Of a DNA stretch of 64,000 bases, positions 1 to 9,912 are shown one piece after another. Both the position numbers and the translations under genes were made by a program. The notes beneath the pieces were generated by a model that had not been told where the DNA came from, made no database searches, and saw only the letters and a program-made list of their open reading frames with translations. Where the stretch lies: positions 372,001 through 436,000 of the forward strand of contig OZ059895.1 in assembly GCA_964057225.1 (NCBI GenBank). Direction: 5' to 3'. How positions within the stretch are numbered: position 1 is the first letter of the stretch; every line of letters starts with the position of its first letter. The stretch comes from Auanema rhodensis (taxonomy: Eukaryota; Animalia; Nematoda).

Positions 1-351
1 AAACGATCATAACTAATTTTTGTAATAAGCGTTTCTCAATGTAGTATAGTGCATTCGATGCGGATTTTTAAGCTGCGTCGATTTGTGTTATCAGATTTGC
101 GCTAGCTTAAAAATGCACCGAGATATCAACTGATATAAGTTCACACTTATATCCTCGATTTTCTCCCTGAAGAATTAATTTTTTCGTTGAATAACATTGT
201 CTATCGTCTTTGCCTTGAAAAAAGGAATCTAAAAACATCTACTTTTTGCTAAATTATTTTGAAATGTTTCGAAAAAATTTTTGTCAAAATGTTTTTGGAA
301 GCAATGTTGAGTGTACATGGAAACTCAACATACACTAATGCATCATTTTTC
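1..351. repeat. Representative satellite monomer (arbitrary phase), ~31% GC, rich in A/T tracts
   Basis: The first unit ends at ...CATCATTTTTC (351) and the anchor restarts at 352. A hand count of the consensus gives about 57 C and 53 G in 351 bp. Confidence 0.98.
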
Positions 352-414
352 AAACGATCATAACTAATTTGTGTATTAAGCGTTTCTCGATGTAGTATAG
401 TGCATTCGATGCGG

Positions 415-465
415 ATTTTTAAGCTGCGTCGATCTGTGTTATCAGATTTGCGCTAGCTTAAAAAT
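415..465. other. Imperfect ~51-nt inverted repeat/hairpin, present in each monomer (monomer positions 64-114)
   Basis: ATTTTTAAGCT-GCG-TCG-ATCTG [TGTTAT] CAGAT-TTG-CGC-T-AGCTTAAAAAT: an 11-bp perfect outer stem, GCG/CGC after a 1-nt bulge, a 5-bp inner stem and a 6-nt loop. Confidence 0.9.
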
Positions 466-482
466 GCACCGAGATATCAACT

Positions 483-504
483 GATATAAGTTCACACTTA
501 TATC
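483..504. other. Perfect 9-bp dyad with 4-nt spacer (monomer positions 132-153)
   Basis: GATATAAGT-TCAC-ACTTATATC. It overlaps a second dyad, ATATCA-AC-TGATAT (positions 123-136). Confidence 0.9.
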
Positions 505-654
505 CTCGATTTTCACCCTGAAGAATTAATTTTTTCGTTGAATAACATTGTCTATCGTCTTTGCCTTGAAAAATGGAATCTAAAAACATCTACTTTTTGC
601 TAAATTATTTTGAAATTTTTCGAAAAAATCTTTGTCAAAATGTTTTTGGAAGCA

Positions 655-682
655 ATGTTGAGTGTACATGGAAACTCAACAT
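655..682. other. Perfect 9-bp dyad with 10-nt spacer (monomer positions 304-331)
   Basis: ATGTTGAGT-GTACATGGAA-ACTCAACAT. Confidence 0.9.
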
Positions 683-2106
683 ACACTAATGCATCATTTT
701 TCAAACGATCATAACTAATTTTTGTATTAAGCGTTTCTCAATGTAGTATAGTGCATTCGATGCGGATTTTTAAGCTGCGTCGATTTGTGTTATCAGATTT
801 GCGCTAGCTTAAAAATGCACCGAGATATCAACTGATATAAGTTCACACTTATATCCTCGATTTTCACCCTGAAGAATTAATTTTTTCGTTGAATAACATT
901 GTCCATCGTCTTTGCCTTGAAAAAACGAATCTAAAAACATCTACTTTTTGCTAAACTATTTTGAAATTTTTCGAAAAAATTTTTGTCAAAATGTTTTTGG
1001 AAGCAATGTTGAGTGTACATGGTAACTCAACATACACTAATGCATCAGTTTTCAAACGATCATAACTAATTTTTGTATTAAGCGTTTCTCAATGTAGTAT
1101 AGTGCATTCGATGCGGATTTTTAAGCTGCGTCGATCTGTGTTATCAGATTTGCGCTAGCTTAAAAATGCACCGAGATATCAACTGATATAAGTTCACACT
1201 TATATCCTCGATTTTCACCCTGAAGAATTAATTTTTTTGTTGAATAACATTGTCTATCGTCTTTGCCTTGAAAAATGAAATCTAAAAACATCTACTTTTT
1301 GCTAAATTATTTTGAAATTTTTCGAAAAAATTTTTGTCAAAATGTTTTTGGAAGCAATGTTGAGTGTACATGGAAACTCAACATACACTAATGCATCATT
1401 TTTCAAACGATCATAACTAATTTTTGTATTGAGCGTTTCTCAATGTAGTATAGTGCATTCGATGCGGATTTTTAAGCTGCGTCGATTTGTGTTATCAGAT
1501 TTGCGCTAGCTTAAAAATGCACCGAGATATCAACTGATATAAGTTCACACTTATATCCTCGATTTTCTCCCTGAAGAATTAATTTTTTCGTTGAATAACA
1601 TTGTCCATCGTCTTTGCCTTGAAAAAAGGAATCTAAAAACATCTACTTTTTGCTAAATTATTCTGAAATGTTTCGAAAAAATTTTTGTCAAAATGTTTTT
1701 GGAAGCAATGTTGAGTGTACATGGAAACTCAACATACACTAATGCATCATTTTTCAAACGATCATAACTAATTTGTGTATTAAGCGTTTCTCAATGTAGT
1801 ATAGTGCATTCGATGCGGATTTTTAAGCTGCGTCGATCTGTGTTATCAAATTTGCGCTAGCTTAAAAATGCACCGAGATATCAACTGATATAAGTTCACA
1901 CTTATATCCTCGATTTTCACCCTGAAGAATTAATTTTTTCGTTGAATAACATTGTCTATCGTCTTTGCCTTGAAAAATGGAATCTAAAAACATCTATTTT
2001 TTGCTAAATTATTTTGAAATTTTTCGAAAAAATTTTTGTCAAAATGTTTTTGGAAGCAATGTTGAGTGTACATGGAAACTCAACATACACTAATGCATCA
2101 TTTTTC

Positions 2107-5100
2107 AAACGATCATAACTAATTTTTGTATTAAGCGTTTCCCAATGTAGTATAGTGCATTCGATGCGAATTTTTAAGCTGCGTCGATCTGTGTTATCAG
2201 ATTTGCGCTAACTTAAAAATGCACCGAGACATCAACTGATATAAGTTTACACTTATATCCTCGATTTTCACCCTGAAGAATTAATTTTTTCGTTGAATAA
2301 CATCGTCCATCGTCTTTGCCTTGAAAAAAGGAATCTAAAAACATCTACTTTTTGCTAAATTATTTTGAAATTTTTCGAAAAAATTTTTGTCAAAATGTTT
2401 TTGGAAGCAATGTTAAGTGTACATGGAAACTCAACATACACTAATGCATCATTTTTCAAACGATCATAACTAATTTTTGTATTAAGCGTTTCTCACTGTA
2501 GTATAGTGCATTCGATGCGGATTTTTAAGCTGCGTCGATCTGTGTTATCAGATTTGCGCTAGCTAAAAAATGCACCGAGATATCAACTGATATAAGTTCA
2601 CACTTATATCCTCGATTTTCACCCTGAAGAATTATTTTTTTCGTTGAATAACATTGTCCATCGTCTTTGCCTTGAAAAATGGAATCTAAAAACATCTACT
2701 TTTTGCTAAATTATTTTGAAATTTTTCGAAAAAATTTTTGTCAAAATGTTTTTGGAAGCAATGTTGAGTGTACATGGAAACTCAACATACACTAATGCAT
2801 CATTTTTCAAACGATCGTAACTAATTTTTGTATTAAGCGTTTCTCAATGTAGTATAGTGCACTCGATGCGGATTTTTAAGCTGCGTCAATCTGTGTTATC
2901 AGATTTGCGCTAGCTTAAAAATGCACCGAGATATCAACTGATATAAGTTCACACTTATATCCTCGATTTTCAACCTGAAGAAATAATTTTTTCGTTGAAT
3001 AACATTGTCCATCGTTTTTGCCTTGAAAAAAGGAATCTAAAAACATCTACTTTTTGCTAAATTATTTTGAAATTTTTTGAAAACATTTTTGTCAAAATGT
3101 TTTTGGAAGCAATGTTGAGTGTACATGGAAACTCAACATACACTAATGCATCATTTTTCAAACGATCATAACTAATTTTTGTATTAAGCGTTTCTCAATG
3201 TAGTATAGTGCATTCGATGCGGATTTTTAAGCTGCGTCGATCTGTGTTATCAGATTTGCGCTAGCTTAAAAATGCACCGAGATATCAACTGATATAAGTT
3301 CACACTTATATCCTCGATTTTCACCCTGAAGAATTAATTTTTTCGTTGAATAACATTGTCTATCGTCTTTGCCTTGAAAAATGGAATCTAAAAACATCTA
3401 CTTTTTGCTAAATTATTTTGAAATTTTTCGAAAAAATTTTTGTCAAAATGTTTTTGGAAGCAATGTTGAGTGTACATGGAAACTCAACATACACTAATGC
3501 ATCATTTTTCAAACGATCATAACAAATTTTTGTATTAAGCGTTTCTCAATGTAGTATAGTGCATTCGATGCGGATTTTTAAGCTGCGTCGATCTGTGTTA
3601 TCAGATTTGCGCTAGCTTAAAAATGCACCGAGATATCAACTGATATAAGTTCACACTTATATCCTCAATTTTCACCCTGAAGAATTAATTTTTTCGTTGA
3701 ATAACATTGTCTATCGTCTTTGCCTTGAAAAATGGAATCTAAAAACATCTACTTTTTGCTAAATTATTTTGAAATTTTTCGAAAAAATTTTTGTCAAAAT
3801 GTTTTTGGAAGCAATGTTGAGTGTACATGGAAACTCAACATACACTAATGCATCATTTTTCAAACGATCATATTTTTGTCAAAATGTTTTTGGAAGCAAT
3901 GTTGAGTGTACATGGAAACTCAACATACACTAATGCATCATTTTTCAAACGATCATAACTAATTTTTGTATTAAGCGTTTCTCAATGTAGTATAGTGCAT
4001 TCGATGCGAATTTTTAAGCTGCGTCGATCTGTGTTATCAGATTTGCGCTAACTTAAAAATGCACCGAGACATCAACTGATATAAGTTCACACTTATATCC
4101 TCGATTTTCACCCTGAAGAATTAATTTTTTCGTTGAATAACATCGTCCATCGTCTTTGCCTTGAAAAAAGGAATCTAAAAACATCTACTTTTTGCTAAAT
4201 TATTTTGAAATTTTTCGAAAAAATTTTTGTCAAAATGTTTTTGGAAGCAATGTTAAGTGTACATGGAAACTCAACATACACTAATGCATCATTTTTCAAA
4301 CGATCATAACTAATTTTTGTATTAAGCGTTTCTCAATGTAGTATAGTGCATTCGATGCGGATTTTTAAGCTGCGTCGATCTGTGTTATCAGATTTGCGCT
4401 AGCTAAAAAATGCACCGAGATATCAACTGATATAAGTTCACACTTATATCCTCGATTTTCACCCTGAAGAATTATTTTTTTCGTTGAATAACATTGTCCA
4501 TCGTCTTTGCCTTGAAAAATGGAATCTAAAAACATCTACTTTTTGCTGAATTATTTTGAAATTTTTCGAAAAAATTTTTGTCAAAATGTTTTTGGAAGCA
4601 ATGTTGAGTGTACATGGAAACTCAACATACACTAATGCATCATTTTTCAAACGATCATAACTAATTTTTGTATTAAGCGTTTCTCAATGTAGTATAGTGC
4701 ACTCGATGCGGATTTTTAAGCTGCGTCAATCTGTGTTATCAGATTTGCGCTAGCTTAAAAATGCACCGAGATATCAACTGATATAAGTTCACACTTATAT
4801 CCTCGATTTTCAACCTGAAGAAATAATTTTTTCGTTGAATAACATTGTCCATCGTCTTTGCCTTGAAAAAAGGAATCTAAAAACATCTACTTTTTGCTAA
4901 ATTATTCTGAAATTTTTTGAAAACATTTTTGTCAAAATGTTTTTGGAAGCAATGTTGAGTGTACATGGAAACTCAACATACACTAATGCATCATTTTTCA
5001 AACGATCATAACTAATTTTTGTATTAAGCGTTTCTCAATGTAGTATAGTGCATTCGATGCGGATTTTTAAGCTGCGTCGATCTGTGTTATCAGATTTGCG

Positions 5101-5350
5101 CTAGCTTAAAAATGCACCGAGATATCAACTGATATAAGTTCACACTTATATCCTCGATTTTCACCCTGAAGAATTAATTTTTTCGTTGAATAACATTGTC
5201 TATCGTCTTTGCCTTGAAAAATGGAATCTAAAAACATCTACTTTTTGCTAAATTATTTTGAAATTTTTCGAAAAAATTTTTGTCAAAATGTTTTTGGAAG
5301 CAATGTTGAGTGTACATGGAAACTCAACATACACTAATGCATCATTTTTC
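2107..5350. repeat. Duplicated 4-monomer block (2107-3510 and 3947-5350), offset 1840 bp = 5x351 + 85
   Basis: Private markers are shared in order: GCGAA/CTAACTT/GAGAC/CATCGTCC/TGTTAAG (2107, 3947); AGCTAAAAAA (2458, 4298); GCACTC/GTCAAT/CAACCT (2809, 4649). About 7 differences separate the copies. Confidence 0.9.
3862..3946. repeat. 85-bp truncated monomer (266-bp internal deletion)
   Basis: AAACGATCAT-A-TTTTTGTCAAAATG... joins monomer position ~11 directly to position ~278. The next anchor is at 3947. Confidence 0.97.
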
Positions 5351-7300
5351 AAACGATCATAACTAATTTTTGTAATAAGCGTTTCTCAATGTAGTATAGT
5401 GCATTCGATGCGGATTTTTAAGCTGCGTCGATCTGTGTTATCAGATTTGCGCTAGCTTAAAAATGCACCGAGATATCAACTGATATAAGTTCACACTTAT
5501 ATCCTCGATTTTCACCCTGAAGAATTATTTTTTTCGTTGAATAACAATGTCCATCGTCCTTGCCTTGAAAAATGGAATCTAAAAACATCTACTTTTTGCT
5601 AAATTATTTTGAAATTTTTCGAAAAAATTTTTGTCAAAATGTTTTTGGAAGCAATGTTGAGTGTACATGGAAACTCAACATGCACTAATGCATCATTTTT
5701 CAAACGATCATAACTAATTTTTGTATTAAGCGTTTCTCAATGTAGTATAGTGCATTCGATGCGGATTTTTAAGCTGCGTCGATCTGTGTTATCAGATTTG
5801 CGCTAGCTTAAAAATGCACCGAGATATCAACTGATATAAGTTCACACTTATATCCTCGATTTTCACCCTGAAGAATTATTTTTTTCGTTGAATAACATTG
5901 TCCATCGTCCTTGCCTTGAAAAATGAAATCTAAAAACATCTACTTTTTGCTAAATTATTCTGAAATTTTTTGAAAACATTTTTGTCAAAATGTTTTTGGA
6001 AGCAATGTTGAGTGTACATGGAAACTCAACATACACTAATGCATCATTTTTCAAACGATCATAACTAATTTTTGTATTAAGCGTTTCTCAATGTAGTATA
6101 GTGCATTCGATGCGGATTTTTAAGATGCGTCGATTTGCGTTATCAGATTTGCGCTAGCTTAAAAATGCACCGAGATATCAACTGATATAAGTTCACACTT
6201 ATATCCTCGATTTTCACCCTGAAGAATTAATTTTTTCGTTGAATAACATTGTCTATCGTCTTTGCCTTGAAAAATGGAATCTAAAAACATCTACTTTTTG
6301 CTAAATTATTTTGAAATTTTTCGAAAAAATTTTTGTCAAAATGTTTTTGGAAGCAATGTTGAGTGTACATGGAAACTCAACATACACTAATGCATCATTT
6401 TTCAAACGATCATAACTAATTTTTGTAATAAGCGTTTCTCAATGTAGTATAGTGCATTCGATGCGGATTTTTAAGCTGCGTCGATCTGTGTTATCAGATT
6501 TGCGCTAGCTTAAAAATGCACCGAGATATCAACTGATATAAGTTCACACTTATATCCTCGATTTTCACCCTGAAGAATTATTTTTTTCGTTGAATAACAA
6601 TGTCCATCGTCCTTGCCTTGAAAAATGGAATCTAAAAACATCTACTTTTTGCTAAATTATTTTGAAATTTTTCGAAAAAATTTTTGTCAAAATGTTTTTG
6701 GAAGCAATGTTGAGTGTACATGGAAACTCAACATGCACTAATGCATCATTTTTCAAACGATCATAACTAATTTTTGTATTAAGCGTTTCTCAATGTAGTA
6801 TAGTGCATTCGATGCGGATTTTTAAGCTGCGTCGATCTGTGTTATCAGATTTGCGCTAGCTTAAAAATGCACCGAGATATCAACTGATATAAGTTCACAC
6901 TTATATCCTCGATTTTCACCCTGAAGAATTATTTTTTTCGTTGAATAACATTGTCCATCGTCCTTGCCTTGAAAAATGAAATCTAAAAACATCTACTTTT
7001 TGCTAAATTATTCTGAAATTTTTTGAAAACATTTTTGTCAAAATGTTTTTGGAAGCAATGTTGAGTGTACATGGAAACTCAACATACACTAATGCATCAT
7101 TTTTCAAACGATCATAACTAATTTTTGTATTAAGCGTTTCTCAATGTAGTATAGTGCATTCGATGCGGATTTTTAAGATGCGTCGATTTGCGTTATCAGA
7201 TTTGCGCTAGCTTAAAAATGCACCGAGATATCAACTGATATAAGTTCACACTTATATCCTCGATTTTCACCCTGAAGAATTAATTTTTTCGTTGAATAAC
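5351..7300. repeat. 3-monomer HOR, 2 copies (1053-bp period)
   Basis: TGTAATAAG/AACAATGT/CATGCACT at 5351 and 6404; ATGAAATC/TTCTGA at 5702 and 6755; AAGATGCG/TTTGCGTT at 6053 and 7106. Confidence 0.92.
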
Positions 7301-9912
7301 ATTGTCCATCGTCTTTGCCTTGAAAAAAGGAATCTAAAAACATCTACTTTTTGCTAAATTATTTTGAAATTTTTCGAAAAAATTTTTGTCAAAATGTTTT
7401 TGGAAGCAATGTTGAGTGTACATGGAAACTCAACATACACTAATGCATCATTTTTCAAACGATCATAACTAATTTTTGTATTGAGCGTTTCTCAATGTAG
7501 TATAGTGCATTCGATGCGGATTTTTAAGCTGCGTCGATCTGTGTTATCAGATTTGCGCTAGCTTAAAAATGCACCGAGATATCAACTGATATAAGTTCAC
7601 ACTTATATCCTCGATTTTCACCCTGAAGAATTAATTTTTTTGTTGAATAACATTGTCTATCGTCTTTGCCTTGAAAAATGAAATCTAAAAACATGTACTT
7701 TTTGCTAAATTATTTTGAAATTTTTCGAAAAAATTTTTGTCAAAATGTTTTTGGAAGCAATGTTGAGTGTACATGGAAACTCAACATACACTAATGCATC
7801 ATTTTTCAAACGATCATAACTAATTTTTGTATTAAGCGTTTCTCAATGTAGTATAGTGCATTCGATGCGGATTTTTAAGCTGCGTCGATCTGTGTTATCA
7901 GATTTGCGCTAGCTTAAAAATGCACCGAGATATCAACTGATATAAGTTCACACTTATATCCTCGATTTTCACCCTGAAGAATTATTTTTTTCGTTGAATA
8001 ACATTGTCCATCGTCCTTGCCTTGAAAAATGGAATCTAAAAACATCTACTTTTCGCTAAATTATTCTGAAATTTTTTGAAAACATTTTTGTCAAAATGTT
8101 TTTGGAAGCAATGTTGAGTGTACATGGAAACTCAACATACACTAATGCATCATTTTTCAAACGATCATAACTATATTTTGTATTAAACGTTTCTCAATGT
8201 AGTATAGTGCATTCGATGCGGATTTTTAAGCTGCGTCGATCTGTGATATCAGATTTGCGCTAGCTTAAAAATGCACCGAGATATCAACTGATATAAGTTC
8301 ACACTTATATCCTCGATTTTCTCCCTGAAGAATTAATTTTTTCGTTGAATAACATTGTCCATCGTCTTCGCCTTAAAAAAAGGAATCTAAAAACATCTAC
8401 TTTTTGCTAAATTATTCTGAAATTTTTTGAAAACATTTTTGTCAAAATGTTTTTGGAAGCAATGTTGAGTGTACATGGAAACTCAACATACACTAATGCA
8501 TCATTTTTCAAACGATCATAACTAATTTTTGTATTAAGCGTTTCTCAATGTAGTATAGTGCATTCGATGCGGATTTTTAAGCTGCGTCGATCTGTGTTAT
8601 CAGATTTGCGCTAGCTTAAAAATGCACCGAGATATCAACTGATATAAGTTCACACTTATATCCTCGATTTTCACCCTGAAGAATTATTTTTTTCGTTGAA
8701 TAACATTGTCCATCGTCCTTGCCTTGAAAAATGGAATCTAAAAACATCTACTTTTTGCTAAATTATTTTGAAATTTTTGGAAAAACTTTTGTCAAAATGT
8801 TTTTGGAAGCAATGTTGAGTGTACATGGAAACTCAACATACACTAATGCATCATTTTTCAAACGATCATAACTAATTTTTGTATTAAGCGTTTCTCAATG
8901 TAGTATAGTGCATTCGATGCGGATTTTTAAGCTGCGTCGATCTGTGTTATCAGATTTGCGCTAGCTTAAAAATGCACCGAGATATCAACTGATATAAGTT
9001 CACACTTATATCCTCGATTTTCACCCTGAAGAATTATTTTTTTCGTTGAATAACATTGTCCATCGTCCTTGCCTTGAAAAATGGAATCTAAAAACATCTA
9101 CTTTTTGCTAAATTATTTTGAAATTTTTCGAAAAAATTTTTGTCAAAATGTTTTTGGAAGCAATGTTGAGTGTACGTGGAAACTCAACATACACTAATGC
9201 ATCATTTTTCAAACGATCATAACTAATTTTTGTATCAAGCGTTTCTCAATGTAGTATAGTGCATTCGATGCGGATTTTTAAGCTGCGTCGATCTGTGTTA
9301 TCAGATTTGCGCTAGCTTAAAATGCACCGAGATATCAACTGATATAAGTTCACACTTATATCCTCGATTTTCACCCTGAAGAATTAATTTTTTCGTTGAA
9401 TAACATTGTCCATCGTCTTTGCCTTGAAAAAAGGAATCTAAAAACATCTACTTTTTGCTAAATTATTTTGAAATTTTTCGAAAAAAATTTTTGTCAAAAT
9501 GTTTTTGGAAGCAATGTTGAGTGTACATGGAAACTCAACATACACTAATGCATCATTTTTCAAACGATCATAACTACTTTTTGTATCAAGCGTTTCTCAA
9601 TGTAGTATAGTGCATTCGATGCGGATTTTTAAGCTGCGTCGATCTGTGTTATCAGATTTGCGCTAGCTTAAAAATGCACCGAGATATCAACTGATATAAG
9701 TTCACTCTTATATCCTCGATTTTCACCCTGAAGAATTAATTTTTTCGTTGAATAACATTGTCCATCGTCTTTGCCTTGAAAAAAGGAATCTAAAAACATC
9801 TACTTTTTGCTAAATTATTTTGAAATTTTTCGAAAAAATTTTTGTCAAAATGTTTTTGGAAGCAATGTTGAGTGTACATGGAAACTCAACATACACTAAT
9901 GCATCATTTTTC

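Noticed and set aside
181-200. CENP-B box (TTCGTTG resemblance)
   Set aside because: It matches only the TTCG part and lacks the downstream CGGG required in the 17-bp box.
1-351. Tandem RNA gene cluster (5S rRNA, tRNA, snRNA, spliced leader)
   Set aside because: I recognise no 5S, tRNA cloverleaf or box A/B, Sm-site or SL motif. An Infernal/Rfam search would be the formal test.
1-351. Monomer as an ancient dimer of ~175-bp subunits
   Set aside because: Only short A/T-tract similarity (AACTAATTTTTG at 11 vs AATTAATTTTTTCG at 173) was found, with no extended alignment visible by eye.
415-504. Bacterial terminators, promoters or iterons
   Set aside because: There is no genic context. The hairpins are part of a 180-copy satellite, which is not a prokaryote-like organisation.
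4459-4650. 63-aa minus-strand ORF from the ORF track
   Set aside because: It exists only because a private A>G at 4548 turns the TAG present in the other monomers into CAG. The composition is low-complexity (K/N/F/I-rich), no domain is recognisable and it lies wholly within satellite.
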